A stretch of DNA of 64,000 nucleotides from Lama glama (lineage: Eukaryota). Position numbers and translations under genes: made by a program. The notes under the pieces were generated by a model, which was given only the letters and a program-made list of their open reading frames with translations, searched no databases and was not told the origin of the DNA. This document shows positions 1 through 13,184 of the stretch, piece by piece. Position 1 is the stretch's first letter, and the number at the start of each line of letters is the position of its first letter. The stretch covers positions 94,428,001 to 94,492,000 of the forward strand of contig CM052816.1 of the NCBI GenBank assembly GCA_028534125.1, written 5' to 3'.

Positions 1-388
1 TCCATCATCTCCTATAGGTACAAAATTAAAGAAATAAAAAAAAAATTTCCTTGTGATGAGAATGCTTAGGATTTATCCTCTTAATAACTTTTATGTATAA
101 CATACAGCACTGCTTATTGTGTTTATGATGTATATTATATCCATAGTACTTATTTATCTTATACTGGAAATTTGTGACTTTTGACTACCTTCATCCAGTT
201 CCCCCTCTCTCTACTCCCAGCCTTTGGCAATCATAAATCTGGTCTCTTTTTCTATGAGTTTGTGTGTTTATTTTTGAAGTTTAATTGAAATATAATTGAC
301 CTGCAACACTGTGTTAGTTCCTGGTGCACAACATAGTGACTTGATATTTCTGTACATTTCAAAGTGATCGCCACGATAAGTCTAGTTT
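1..388 (-). mobile_element. L1 3' UTR fragment (old Laurasiatherian L1MA-type)
   Basis: Reverse-strand L1 3' UTR text (ttgtgatgagaa..cttaggattta..; ctacctcccagcctttggcaatcataaatct-like; tttttgaagt..tataattgacc..caacactgtgttagttcctgg). Subfamily is not certain. Confidence 0.75.
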
Positions 389-959
389 AATTACTTTTAA
401 TAATAGCATGCTAATATTTTGGCAATAGGTGAAAGATAGGAATGTGTCTGTTGATACGAATTATGCTTGAATAATTGTCATATTTATAGTTTAGAATACA
501 TGACAGACTATATTTATAAACTCACTAAAACTTTAATTTTCCAAAAATAATCTCCATAATGGGTTGCATTTGACTGTTCTTACTATAAACTTTGCTGTGA
601 TAACTAGGTCCATTTGTCAGCTTGTGAAATGTTTTAAATGTGTTTATGTAGGATTCAGCTGGATGAGAAAGAAAAAGGTCTTCCTATTTAAATTCAGCCC
701 CTTATTTCCAGTGCTCCGTGGAGAGGGAAATGCAAGCCCAACACAAAAAGAAGTGTGTAATTTGGTTTAGAATAATGTATTCTTTTAATATAAGAGGTAC
801 GATGATTAATCCTCGGCATCAAGTTGATTTCATAGAGAGTTAGGCTGGGGGTCATTGGGAGCTTTTGAACAGCTTCCTAAATGGGATCTGACAGTCTCTC
901 TTTCTCTACAGCATTTATCCTGATTTTAACCGCTAGTGTTTCTGATCTTAGACAACCAC

Positions 960-1290
960 TAGCTTGTCTTACCTTTTATATTCTTGTCCCTAATCTCCAT
1001 TACCCAGTTTCTGCACAGCCACCAGAGTGAGTTTTAAAGTTAAATCTGGTCTGTGACTCTCCTGCTTTCAACCCTGCATTGACTTTCAGAAGCCAAGCTC
1101 CCAGCCAGGGCTTCCAGTGTTCCAGGCTCATCAGCTTCATTTCTGTTCCAGGAACAGAGAAATCTTCTTCTAAACTCAGGATGTCAGACCTGCTGTTTGG
1201 ATTGCTTGCCTCTTTTCATGGATGATTCCTTCCCATCCTTTAGACTTCAGCTTAAATTATCCCCTGAAGGCCCAGTAAGCAGCTGCCCCA
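960..1290 (+). mobile_element. L2 LINE fragment
   Basis: cacagccaccagagtgagttttaaagttaaatctggtctgtgactctcctgct and ccatcctttagacttcagcttaaattatcccct resemble the L2 3' region. Confidence 0.6.
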
Positions 1291-1329
1291 GTTCAGAGCT
1301 GCCCCACCACACCTGGGAGTGCAGAGGTG

Positions 1330-2145
1330 AAGAGCACAGACCTGGCCTCCAGCAGCCCAGGTTAGAATCTAAAACCACCATCTTAAGTTTTTATTATGTC
1401 AAGAGATTCCTTAAGTCTTGAAGGTGTCTTTCAGCTTCCTCATCTGAAAGATGGGGATAATGATGTCAGGGATAACTTACCTGATAAGATTGAAATTTTG
1501 AAAATGTTGCCGGAGAGTAGGTTCTTGTCTCAGAATTCAGAGACAAGACACAGACGTCAACAAAGCAAAGTGAGGATTTATTAAGGGTGGATAGTACGCT
1601 CTCAAGGGGAGAGCGGGCAGGCTCAGGTGAGCAGCTGCGCTGAGTTTCTTTGGCAAGTTGTTCACATAGAGTGTAAAAATGAATGGGTGGGATATTCATT
1701 GGAGAGGGAGGGGTTTGGGGTCATATTCCCTGATTTCCATCCCAGCTCCACCTTCCCGAGGGAAGGAGGGAGATTTGTCCTCATTTAGTCTGGATTGAAA
1801 GTGTCATGGCATCAGTGCATGATGGGCACTTCTCATCTGAAAGGCTAATTTTATTGTGATGAGCTAAAGGTTACATTCGGACACTGGAGATTCCTGCCCT
1901 TTCCCACCTTTCTTTGTCAGCCTCTAGCACACTCGTCAGCCCAAATGTGTGATGTCTTATCAATCTGGATGTCTTATGAATCCTGCTTAGTGTGACCAAG
2001 GACCCCCATTTTTCACATGATGTACAGTTTCCTGCCGTTTGGTCCGTGCTCATATTCAGCTATCTGCTTGCTCTAAAAGGTATATATAATGGGGTTGATA
2101 TATGTCACACTGAGGCCAATGCTTGGCACAGAGTAATCTGTCCTG
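1330..2145 (+). mobile_element. MIR SINE split by an LTR (pieces ~1330-1504 and ~2078-2145)
   Basis: MIR core tcagcttcctcatctgaaagatggggataatga lies before the LTR. The MIR tail aatgcttggcacagagtaa follows it. Confidence 0.7.
1505..2077 (-). mobile_element. Solo LTR, probably ERV1 class
   Basis: Abrupt start tgttgcc at 1505 interrupts the MIR. tttatt at ~1577 is AATAAA on the - strand. Length ~570 bp with LTR-like composition. The far end lacks a clean CA and the TSD is unclear. Confidence 0.75.
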
Positions 2146-2277
2146 TGATTTCCATTATAATGGAAATTATGGGACTACAGTGATTATTTTAGTATGCTGT
2201 TATTATCTTATAACATAGAAAAGAATGTTTAATACATTTTAATTGCTTGCTTGTTATTCCCTCTTCTATAATAACAA

Positions 2278-2372
2278 TGTCATGGCAGGGACCAGACCTG
2301 CCTTTTTCTCCCGCTGTGTCCCCAGTCATTCCTGCACGTAGGGGAACCTCAGCAAATATTTTATTGAAGAAC
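2278..2372 (+). mobile_element. L2 3' end
   Basis: catggcagggacc..ctgtgtccccag..cacgtagg..ctcagcaaatattttattgaa matches the L2 terminus. Confidence 0.65.
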
Positions 2373-2535
2373 TGTGGGTTTAGATCACGCCTTTGTAAAT
2401 GACGTGAAACCCTACTGCTGAGACCCAACTTGTTTTTTTAACAGCAAAAAGTGGAAGCAGTTCTCAAAACCAATTCTGCGAAGCCTGCAGACATTAGCAA
2501 GACAGACACTGATCCTCACGGGGGCGCAAAAAGAG

Positions 2536-3035
2536 NNNNNNNNNNNNNNNNNNNNNNNNNNNNNNNNNNNNNNNNNNNNNNNNNNNNNNNNNNNNNNNNN
2601 NNNNNNNNNNNNNNNNNNNNNNNNNNNNNNNNNNNNNNNNNNNNNNNNNNNNNNNNNNNNNNNNNNNNNNNNNNNNNNNNNNNNNNNNNNNNNNNNNNNN
2701 NNNNNNNNNNNNNNNNNNNNNNNNNNNNNNNNNNNNNNNNNNNNNNNNNNNNNNNNNNNNNNNNNNNNNNNNNNNNNNNNNNNNNNNNNNNNNNNNNNNN
2801 NNNNNNNNNNNNNNNNNNNNNNNNNNNNNNNNNNNNNNNNNNNNNNNNNNNNNNNNNNNNNNNNNNNNNNNNNNNNNNNNNNNNNNNNNNNNNNNNNNNN
2901 NNNNNNNNNNNNNNNNNNNNNNNNNNNNNNNNNNNNNNNNNNNNNNNNNNNNNNNNNNNNNNNNNNNNNNNNNNNNNNNNNNNNNNNNNNNNNNNNNNNN
3001 NNNNNNNNNNNNNNNNNNNNNNNNNNNNNNNNNNN
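2536..3035. other. Assembly gap (500 N)
   Basis: Run of exactly 500 N. Confidence 1.
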
Positions 3036-3039
3036 TTGC

Positions 3040-3445
3040 TGTATCATTCCTTGAATGGCGGTGCCCTGCCCCCATCCTGTCTCATCATCACTACCTCAGT
3101 CAAGATGTAGAGAATTTACATCCCTCTGGAAAGTGGCCTCTTACTATTTTTTGCCAATGCCCACCCCTGCCCCAACTCAGATGACCACTGTTGTGATTTC
3201 CATCAGCCTGGATTAATCTTGCCTCTTCCCAAAATTCACCTGCATAGAGTCGTTCAATCAGCCTTTTGCATCCGGCTTCTTTCACTTCCAATCTTTTGAG
3301 ATTCTTCAGGTGTCACATCTGTGAGTGCTTTGTCCTTTTTCACTGCATGATATGGATTTGTTTATCTATCTTGTCTCCTTTTGAGGTTTGTTGTTCGCAG
3401 TTACTGGCTACTACAAGTAAAGCTACCATGGGCCATTCTTTAAAT
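3040..3445 (-). mobile_element. Ancient L1 (L1ME/L1MB-type) 3' UTR fragment
   Basis: actacctcagtcaagatgtagag..gaccactgttgtgatttccatc..ccggcttctttcact..ttttgagattc resembles L1M 3' UTR in reverse. Confidence 0.65.
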
Positions 3446-3766
3446 TAAAAAAAAATCTGCAGGAGCTCATGCTGAAATGCCCCCCAAAACAGTTAAAAGC
3501 TGGAACTGAATACCACTGATTTCAACAATGGGAGCTTATTTCTAACATCTGTTATGCTAACGAGCTACCGGTTTCGCCCATGAAAACTCATTCTGATGCA
3601 AATTATTAAAAATAGTTGCTATTGATCAGATATTAAAGATAGGTAACGCCCTGGAAGTAGCCACCTTCTGGAGCAAGGGGCTTCTGATTAGGAAGGGAGT
3701 GGACCAGTCCTGGGAGCTTGAAATTTCCTTAGGGCAACTGACTGAAAGTGCAGTGTGGCTTAAACT

Positions 3767-4770
3767 AGGCCCCTGCAGACTGTGGCCTGGGGGCCACGTC
3801 CAGTCTGCTGCCGGTTTTCTATGGCCTGTGAGTGAAGAATGATTTTTCATATTTTTAAACAGTTGGGAGAAAATCAAAAGAAAAATAATATTCTGTGACA
3901 TGTGAACGTTATGTAAAAATTCAGGTTTTAGCATCCATAGGTAACGTTTCAGCAGAACGCCTTTGTTCATGCGCACTGGGTATCACAGCTTTGGATTGCT
4001 GTGACTTAGGTGAGTAGCTGGGACCGATACCTTGTGACCCAGAAATCCAAAAATATTTACTGTTTGTACCTTTGTTACATGATGCAAACTTGGTTCCTCT
4101 TGCCCTCATGCAGTAAAGCCAATCCACCGACACCAGGTTGCAGTGAAGGAAAGTGCAGCATTTATTGTAAGCAGGCGCCAGACAAGGAGTCCCAGGCAGC
4201 TAGTGCTCAGAAAACCCAAACTCCCCGACGGGTTTCAGGAAAGCACTTTTAAAGGCAAAGTGAGGGAGGGAAGTCACAGGGTGTGTGATCAGCTTGTGTA
4301 CTGTTCTCTGACTGGTTGATGGTGAGGTCACAGGGCGGGGTCACAGGGGTTAACATTGGCTCTCCTTAGGCCCCAGTAGGTCTGGGGGCTACTTGCTCAT
4401 GGTCATCAAATAGTTAACAGTTCTCCCATCGGGTGGGGGTTTTAGCATCTGTAAAACAACTCAGGAAATGAGCATCAGATACCATTATACAGGTACTTCA
4501 GGGAGCAACTAAATGGCCATATGGCTGACTTACTATTTAAATTCTTACCAGTTCTCTTGACTCAGATGCTGTTTTTGTCACTACATGTTCACATCTTTTC
4601 AATCATTAATTCTTGAGCCAGTTTTTTGTGACTCAGGGGAGGCCTGGGAGACTGTGGCTTTTACACAAACAGGAGGCAGGCAGAGCACATGGGGGGAGGG
4701 ATCTGTCCCAGGAAGGCCCTCTAGAGTCCTGCTGGGTTACAGCTTTATAGAAGGAGGTTGTTGATCCTGG
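3767..4770 (+). mobile_element. MER58B-like hAT-Charlie DNA transposon, interrupted by an LTR (pieces 3767-4072 and 4742-4770)
   Basis: gggccacgtccagtctgctgcc..aagaatgatttttcatatttttaaac..aaaatcaaaagaaaaataatatt..aaaatatttact. The terminal ctttatagaaggaggttgttgatcctg resumes after the LTR. Confidence 0.8.
4073..4741 (-). mobile_element. Solo ERV1-class LTR nested in MER58B
   Basis: TG...CA ends (tgttacat...gggttaca). 4-bp TSD cctt/gctt with one mismatch. tttatt (AATAAA on - strand) at ~4160. Confidence 0.85.
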
Positions 4771-6162
4771 CTTACACTAACAGGCAGGGGCAGAATCACA
4801 CTGTCCATGCTCAGGATGTTAAAGCGTTATAGATATCTGTGAAGAGTATACAAATACTTATAATAAGGGTGGCAGATATTTAGGTCATTACCTGTAATGT
4901 GAACTGATTTGGAAGACTGTTTAATGACACTGGACAATGCTCATTATGTATTAAATATTCAAAATTATGCAAGACTACATATATAATGATAACGATTTTA
5001 ATATTAATATATGTATGTGTAATATTGTATACATTTATAATGAAAAAGAAAGGGAGCAGATTAAGGGATTATGGACAGCAGTATTTTACTTTTCTGTATT
5101 TATGGCCTAAATAAACCTCTGTTTATTGTAAATAAGCCTGCATCCGTTTTAAAATAACAAGACTACATAATGCAGAAAAACATCAAACTCGCACCCAAGC
5201 AAAGAAAAAGGAAGTCCTGCATAGTCTTCTCTGTGAATGAAGTAAACGTGACTGTCGCATTTTTAGGGAATAAAAATATTTCATTTACTCTCCAGAGATG
5301 GGAAAGCATTGTTAAAGATATAAATAGGAAAACATCTCTGAGTTATTTGTCCTTTCCCTTAGAAGAGAGGAAAGAGACTTGGTGGGTCCTCTCTCTCTAG
5401 TTCCTAAATCATTAAGAATCATCTCTGGTCATATTTCTGCTCCCAAGCTCCTGTGGCATGAGAAGCCCTAAACCAGCACATGACACAGAGCCGTCAAGAC
5501 AGAACATCTTTTCCACTCATCGCTTGCCGTGAACAATAGCTTGGATAGATTATAATAGGGGATTAATTTCCTCTAAAGCCAGTTGCTAGCCTTTGTCCTG
5601 AACAGTAAGCGATGCGCCAGGATGTGACAGAATCATTTTTAATAATATAGTATTTAAAACAGCTTCCTCCTTCGTGCAAGCCCTCTTCTTCCAGGCTTCC
5701 TCTTCCTGAACTGACCTTACACGATGGTAACTTCTGTAGTCCCTGAAGCTAGTGATTTTGTATCAACTTTCTCAACCTCAGCTAACAGACTGCGGTTTCT
5801 TCGAACTATTCCACAACCCAGGAATGTTCACTTAAGGCCGTACTTCTGTTGGTAACATCTTTCAAAATGACTTGCTGTGTATAATGTTTCTGGATGACAA
5901 CTCTACCTATTTACGAAGAGAAGCCAAGTTGAGAGGTTCTTAGTCCTTTTGTGTATTTAATTTGCATTGAACTTAAAATTTCCTAGACATGTGTTCATTT
6001 TTCTATTTAGCAAGCACCTATTTCCTATTAGTATTGGCTGTTTACTGCTTGAGAAGCAGTATTCAGGATACTGTGGAACAGAGAGAAGGGGAAAAGGGGG
6101 AGATATATAAAATCAGCAAATGTAATCCTTATAGGGGTCTCTTATATTCCCTCTTAGATATA

Positions 6163-6803
6163 CTCTCAGTCCTCGTTATTTGCAAATTTCATGTTTGTGA
6201 AATTTGCCTGCTTGCTAAAGTTTGTCTATAACCCCAAAATCATTATCAGTGTTTCTTTTGTCATCAGTTGTGCCCAAGACTTGCACAGGGTGGGGAAACA
6301 TTTCAGCCACCTGGCATGCATGTTCCCAGCTGAGGTCATACAAGGTCACACTCTACCTTTTTCTTCAGCTCTCATACTGTGAACAAGTGTTCTTTCTGCA
6401 GTCTACTTAGTGCCCTTTTTTTCGACTTTTGTGCTTTTTTTTGTATTTGTTTTGCTGTTTCAATGCCCTCAGGCATGGTGCTTAAGTGCTGTCTCGTGAT
6501 CCTAAGTGCAAGAAGGCTGTGATGAGCCTTATGGAGAAAATTCGTTTATTAGGTAAGCTTCACTCAGGCATGAGACACGGGGCGTTGGCCATGAGTTCAA
6601 TGTTAGTGAATCAACAATATGTATTGAAAAAGGTGTCTTTAAACAGAAACTCACATAAAACATGGTTACTTATTGCTAGGTTGTTGAAAACATTGTGACC
6701 AGAGGCTTGCAGGAACTGACCCCTTTATTTCCCCTGGGAAGAGTGGTTCGTTTGTCACTAATTCAATGTTTGTACTGACTTTGTAGAATATAAGAGAATC
6801 TGC
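6163..6803 (+). mobile_element. MER82 (TcMar-Tigger non-autonomous DNA transposon), near full length
   Basis: Colinear with the recalled MER82 consensus: taaccccaaaatc, gttcccagctgaggtc, cagctctcatactgt, cctaagtgcaagaaggctgtgatg, gtgaccagaggcttgcaggaac. ORF 6486-6698 is a decayed Tigger N-terminal remnant. Confidence 0.9.
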
Positions 6804-6871
6804 TACATTATGCTTAGACTGGTACCTAAGTTTAGGGAATATCCTTAAGATAATTACTGATAATAACAATA

Positions 6872-6970
6872 GTTATTTAGTCATTCAACAGATAGTTATT
6901 GAGCACGTCTGTGCTCTGAGTGAACAGCAGAGATCAAAAGCCAGATGCTCCTGCCCCATTGTCCTTCCAT
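6872..6970 (-). mobile_element. L2 3' end
   Basis: tcattcaacagatagttattgagcac is the reverse of the L2 terminus. Confidence 0.6.
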
Positions 6971-6994
6971 CACAGTTAAGTCGGATCGATTTCT

Positions 6995-7200
6995 AAGGGT
7001 CTGTGTCAAGCGCGTCATGTATGTCATATCGTCTCTTCAACAATTCTATGATGCAGGAATTTTTTACCTCACCTTAAAGAAAGGAAGGTGTGATTCAAAT
7101 AAGTAAGCTGCCTAAGGTAAAAGGGAGTGCCTTCCAAAGCTGAGTTTCAATCCCAAGTTGACTTGATCTGAAATCTGTGCTCTTTAATACTGTGCCACCA
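6995..7200 (-). mobile_element. MIR SINE
   Basis: caacaattctatgatgcagg..gctgcctaaggt..agctgagtttcaatcccaag..tgtgctctttaatactgtgcca. Confidence 0.65.
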
Positions 7201-7262
7201 TTTACTTATTTATTTCACTATTTTTAAAACTATTTCTTTTTCTTTACACTTTCTAGGTGACC

Positions 7263-7424
7263 TTTTGTTTATTAACTTATTTAGGTTTTTTGTTGTTGTT
7301 TGGTGAGGGTAATTAGATTTATGTATTTGTTTGTTTGTTTATTTTTGGAGGAGGTCCTGGGGATTGAACCCAGGACTCTGTGCGTACTAAGCATGCACTC
7401 TACCACTTGAGCTATACCCTCCCC
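7263..7424 (-). mobile_element. Camelid tRNA-Ala-derived SINE (Vic-1 type)
   Basis: The - strand reads ggggagggtatagctcaagtggtagagtgcatgcttagtacgcacagagtcctgggttcaatccccaggacctcc, with A and B boxes, then an A-rich tail. Confidence 0.9.
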
Positions 7425-9771
7425 TCCCCATTTATTTTTAAATGACCTAAAACAACATACTAAGAATATAGTCATAGAAAATCCACATGACTTCTGAATA
7501 TTTAAGTTTCATATGTTAAATGCTACAGAATAGCATATCTTCAGATTCAGTAATTTAAGTGAGTATGACTTCATGGTACTAATTTTGTTTTGTCTTTGGT
7601 GTAGATCCTTTCCATCTTGTTCTTCTTTAGAAACTGGAGTTACCTCTTTTACATGTTCTTGGTTCGGCTGAGTTTACATGTGGCAATATATGAAGATGGA
7701 CAGCCCAGGTGCTTTTTAGGATTAAGCTTTGAAGAGGGATGGAGATTTTTTTCTATAGCTTTCGGGCCATAAGAAGAAGAGATTTTATCAAACATCTCAC
7801 AGATAAACTCCAAAAGATCTTTTATCAATGCCGGCCTAGTTTTGTAAATTTCATACTATATTTATCATCTCAGCGTCATCGTCTTTTCTCTCTCATTCTC
7901 CAGCCTCAGGACCCTCCTCAGTCCTTATGTCCTCTCACCAGCATTTGTTCGTTGCTACCCGATAAGACAAAGTCTAGACCACGAGATTTCAACAAAACCG
8001 AATCTGTCTCACTGTGCCTCTGGCTCGTTTCATTTTAACACCTTATTCTTTGTCAATATTTTTCCAGGTCAAGTTTTATATTTTTAAGATGGCTTAGGAA
8101 TCATACACCCTTATTTTAAAAATAGTTCTTTTCTTTCCTTTTTTTTTGGCTGGAGAGTTTAGGAAAAAGGCAGAGTAAAAGGCAGAAAATTAAAATCTCC
8201 AGTAATTATATGTTCAATCGTAACCAAGATTAAAATGAAAAAATATATTGTAGTCATGTTTCAAAATTATTAAATATTCATCTGCTAAAACACAGTGTTT
8301 TAATGATAGCATAATCATTCAAAAATGCATTTATAATGTTTTTGAGATACTGTGTACAGTGAACTTTTGTAACTACAGCTTCAACTGTAGACTTTAAAAT
8401 TATTAGCAGCATAACCTTTAGATTATAGAGAAACACTTAAAGAAAATGTTAGCATTTTGCATGGAAAAAGGCATTGAGCACATTTAAAAGATACAGTTGA
8501 ATAATTGGGAACCAGAGTATTTCTTAATTTTCTTTATTGTGTAATTAAATTTTCCTTCAGAAACGGTAAAAATTTTATCTGAATTTTGTGTCTTTAAGTC
8601 ACTTTTCAAAGCATTGATGCATCTGTTGAGTGCATGTGTGTTTGGGGAAAGTATAATTTTCAAAACTCGCCCTAAATACCACATTCTGTGACCTATTAAC
8701 CAAACATATCATTTCTGTCAAGATATTTACTTCATTCACATTCCTTTGTCTCTACCTTGTGGAGACTCCCTGTCTGATGGATCTTTTTTTTTTTTTTAAA
8801 TCGAAACAATGAGGCTGTTGACATGGTTAGAATCATTATATTAACTAAAGGTGTACCTTTACGTTTCAGTGTGTCTTCAGGTTAGTGTGCTTGATTCATT
8901 CTTCTCTATGGAATTGTTAATTTCATTTAACTCATAGTGTGTACAGCAGGGTTTTATATGGTGATTGTAAACAATCAAGCGTATTGTTTAGGAAAGAGAG
9001 TGTATTGTTGAAAGCAGAGATTTCTTAAGCCATAGCTTCCTGCCCCCCACCTCCTTGCCTTGAGTAAGAAGGTCTGTGGGGTTTTTGTGCTTTTTAATTT
9101 TGTTTCAATTCTTGGTTGTTATTGTAAAAATGAAGCAGCGTTTGAGGACCATATGGCTTTCAATAAATACACTTCCTTATTCGTTTGTAACATTGTTTGA
9201 CAGATTTTTTTTTTCTTTTTTTAATGTTTAGTTGTATATTTAAGCTGCTGTGTTGTGGAGTAAGAATTTGTCATCAGTTCCACAGTTTTGAAGTGATGTG
9301 CCTGTGAGCTGATTCATTGGGTTCCAACCTCTTCTAGCTCACTCCTGGCGCTGATTTTATTTCCCCATCCAAGAGCAGTTTTCTTTGACTTTGTCACTTT
9401 TATTCAAGTCATATTACAATCTCGGCAATTTGAAAATTGCCAAACTTGGAATGATTATCTTTTAAAACTTATACATTTTATATTTAAAAGAACAAGATAG
9501 ATTTCTCCCTGATGGTTGAATAGTGCTCAATATTCTTCACAGTTTTGTGCAGGAAGAGAGAAGAATGGTGATTCCTTCGTACTGTACCTTTGCGGTCCTT
9601 CCAGCTAGTACTGCCGTGACAAAGTGACTTCTACTGTATTATAGAGTACGCTATTGAAAAGAGATGATAGATCCTTCTATTAAGTTGGAGGAAATTAATT
9701 TCCTTACTTTAGCTTTTCAAGTATTTTGATGTTAACTTATTCCTTATTTCTTTATGATCAGAAATGTTTAT

Positions 9772-11567
9772 TCTATTTTTTTTAAAATTGAAGTATACTC
9801 AGTTTACAATGTTGTGTCAATTTCTGGTGTACAGCATAGTGATTCAGTTTTATATATATGTACACACACATATATATGTATATATAAATGTATTTCTTTT
9901 TTATATTCTTTTTCATTATAGGCTATTACAAAGTATTGAATATGGCTCCTGTGGTATACAGTAGGGCCTTGCTGTTGATCTGTTTTATATATAATAATAT
10001 CTGCAGATCCCAAACTCCCAATTTGTCTTTCCACCACCCCCTCCTTTCTCCTCTGGCAACCACGATTTTGTTTTCTATGTCTACGAGTCTGTTTCTGTTT
10101 TGTAAATAAGTCCATTTGTCTCATTTTTTAGATTCTCCATATAAGTGATTGTCATATGGTATTTTTCTTTCTCTTTCTGTCTTGCTTCACTTAGTATGAC
10201 TCCAGATGCATCCATGTTGCTGCAAATGACATTTCATTCTTTTTATAGCTGAATAGTATTCCATTGCATAAATATACCACAACTTTTTTTTATCCAATCA
10301 TCTGTCAGTGGACATTTAGGTTGCTTCCATGTCTTGGCTGTTGTAAATAGTGCTGCTTTGAACATTTGGGTACATGTATCTTTTCAAATTTGAGTTTCTT
10401 CCTGATAAATGCCCAGGAGTAGGATTGCTGGATCATATGACTACTCTGCTTTTAGTTTTTAAAGGAATCTCGTACTGTTTTTCAGATTGGCTGCACCAAA
10501 CTACATTCCCACCAACAGTATAGGCGATTACCATTTTTTCCACACCCTCTCCAGCATTTATCATTTGGGTATTTTTTAATGATGGCCATTCTGACTGGTG
10601 TGAAGTGATACCTTGTAGTTTTGATTGGCATTTCTCTGATAGTTAGCGATATTAAACATTTTTGTCATATGCCTGTTGGCCATTTGTATGTCTTCATTGG
10701 AAAATTGCTTGTTTAGGTCTTCTGCCCATTTTAGGATTGGGTTGTTTGTTTTTTTGTTATTGAGTTGTATGGGTTGTTTGTGTATTCTGGAAATTAAGCC
10801 CTTGTCAGTCGCATGTGCAGATATTTTCTGCCATTCAGTAGGTTGTCTTTTTGTTTTGTTATAATTTGCTGTGCAGAAGCTTCTAAGTTTAATTAGGTCA
10901 AATTTATTTTTGCTTCTGTTTCTATTGCCTGGGTAGACTGTCCTAGGAGAACATTGCTAAGATTCATGTCAGAGAAGGTTTTGCCTGTGTTTTCTTCTAG
11001 GAGGTTTAAGTCTTTAAGCCATTTTGAGTTTATATTTGTGTAAGGTGTGAGGGAGTATTCCAACTTCATTGATTTACATGCGGCTGTCTAACTTTTCCAA
11101 CACCACTTGCTGAAGAGACTGACTTTTCTCCATTGTATAATCTTGCCTCCTTTGTCAAAGATTAATTGACTGTAAATCTGTGGGTTCATTTCTGGGCTCT
11201 CTATTCTGTGCCATTGATCCGTATGTCTGGTTTTGTGCCATACCATGCTGTTTTGATGACTGTCGCTCTGTAGCATTGTCTGAAGTCTGCGAGAGTTATT
11301 CTTCCTGCTTTGTTCTTTTTCTTCAGTATTGCTTTGGCAATTCTGGTTCTTTTGTGATTCCATATAAATTTTAGGATTATTTGTTCTAGTTCTGTGAAAA
11401 ATGTCCTGGGTATGGATCGCATTAAATCTGTAGATTGCTTTCGGTAGTATGGCCATTTTAACAATATTAATTCTTCCAGTCCAGAGCATGGGACATCTTT
11501 TCATTTCTTTAAATCATCTTGCATTTCCTTTAATCAGTGTTTTATAGTTCTCTGCTTATAAGTCTTT
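9772..11567 (-). mobile_element. 5'-truncated L1 (~1.8 kb; ORF2 C-terminal part plus 3' UTR), lineage-specific subfamily
   Basis: ORF track 11088-11504 gives L1 ORF2 peptides ([41 protein letters not shown]) with frameshifts. Flanking duplication tctttatgatca(g/c)aaa(tg/ct)tttat at 9749-9771 and 11563-11585. Confidence 0.95.
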
Positions 11568-11994
11568 ATGATCACAAACTTTTATAAGTATTCCTTGTCA
11601 AATGTCACAATATTACCATAATAAAATACAGACGTCATATTGCTGAATTACCCTCCTGTTAGACAATTTCTGCAATTCAGTGATTATTAACTTCATGAAA
11701 ATGTGGCACATTATATGTGAAAACAGTGTGTCTCTATTTTCTACAATGGCATTCACAAATTGATTTATTTACTCAAAAGATATGAATGGGAGTGGAGTGT
11801 GATGCTGGTTTTAGGTTCTGCTAGTTACCTTCATGGTAGAAAATTTCTTTCATGTATATTTTATAATTATAATAAACTAAATTCTTAGTAAAATGTCATG
11901 TAATTTTAAGGCAACACAATCAATCCATAAATATACATGGAGAGAGAGATTTTTATTATCACTTACCTTCATAGAACATGTAACCTTTTTAATA

Positions 11995-12160
11995 TTTCAC
12001 CGTATTACTTGTCCTGTAACAAACCTTTAAGTAGATATTATCACCCCCATTTTACAGATGAAAAAACTGAGTCCCAGGATTATAATAAATAGGCATGTCA
12101 CAAATCTCATAGGTGGTAAGTGCAGAGTGTCTCCTGAGTCCAAGCACAGTGCTCACTGGT
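11995..12160 (-). mobile_element. MIR SINE
   Basis: tattatcacccccattttacagatgaaaaaactgag is the reversed MIR core. Confidence 0.8.
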
Positions 12161-12579
12161 CTTTGATTAGTGCTACGGTTGCTCTCCATTGTATGTTTCT
12201 CATGGTGCTGCTACGTAAGCTTTAGAATCTGACAAAAATGCATTATCATAAAGCAGCAGTAGACACCATCGGCAGTAACTTTGGTGTAAATGCTGTTGGG
12301 TCAAGTCACCGTGACAGCTCTCGGTAGCACCTCTGATTTTGTGGTCTCCGCCGTCTCATTCACAGAAAGGGTGACTGCATCTATGATGAGTGAGCGCTGA
12401 AGGGAATTACTTCCTGCTCACATTCGGCCCCTCGCGGCCAAGTCCTGCTTCATTGTCTCAGACTGTTGTTACGGTTTTTCTGCTGCCTCATCTCAGCTCC
12501 CTCTGCCGCAGCTGTTCTGATAAGGATGCTCTCCTGCAAGCGCTATTCAATACAAGCGTCAGGGCCCTTGTCACAGGAC

Positions 12580-12740
12580 GCGGGTTCCTGAGTTCGAGCA
12601 CTGAGTCTGTCTCTAGTCACTTGTTATTTCCGGCCTTAAATTCATTTTTGAAAAATGGAGATACCTAAATCTGAAAAGCACAGGGTTATTTTTGAGACAG
12701 ATTTAGAGAACATGTGCAAGAATTTTGAAAATTATAAAAC
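12580..12740 (+). mobile_element. MIR SINE (diverged)
   Basis: cctgagttcgagc..aagtcac-like..ttgaaaaatggagata..cacagggttatttttgag. Confidence 0.5.
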
Positions 12741-13184
12741 AGAATAATTTTAGCAAAGTAGTCTAGTGTCTCTGAACCTCATTGCGGAAATTGCTACAAA
12801 TTTAAATGTAGTATCAGTGGAAGATACGTGCCTGTTCTCCATCACTATTTTCAGAATGTTCTGTAGTTCACTCAGCTCACTGTGGCAGGGACACTTTTGT
12901 TGACCTTCTGAAAATGTGTTGCTTACTTTTCATTTGTTTCTTCAACGTGTGTTCATTCTTTCTTTATTGAACCGTTCTTGCAAGCTGAGCACCCCGAAAA
13001 TCCCTGGGGGCCTTGAGATGAGTAGCTGAGCCTTGTTTAGTTGGGGATTTGGGAGGGCTGCTGTTTAAATGTCCCCCACGGTGAAGTTGCCTCTGGTGGC
13101 AGAGATGAAGGGCTTCTGACCCAGCTTGGAAGATCTGGGCAAAATTTCCCACAAAGATGAGTAAGTGGTAATAGCCAGCAGTTG

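Noticed and set aside
2412..3110. Long ORFs spanning X runs (also 34564-35195 and 52049-52452)
   Set aside because: Artefacts of N gaps.
6486..6698. Domesticated Tigger/CENP-B-like gene
   Set aside because: A short decayed remnant inside non-autonomous MER82 with no catalytic domain.
11088..11504. ORFs with L1 ORF2 similarity as functional genes (also 53947, 56208, 58018, 62876)
   Set aside because: Truncated or frameshifted retrotransposon remnants with no complete ORF1 or ORF2.
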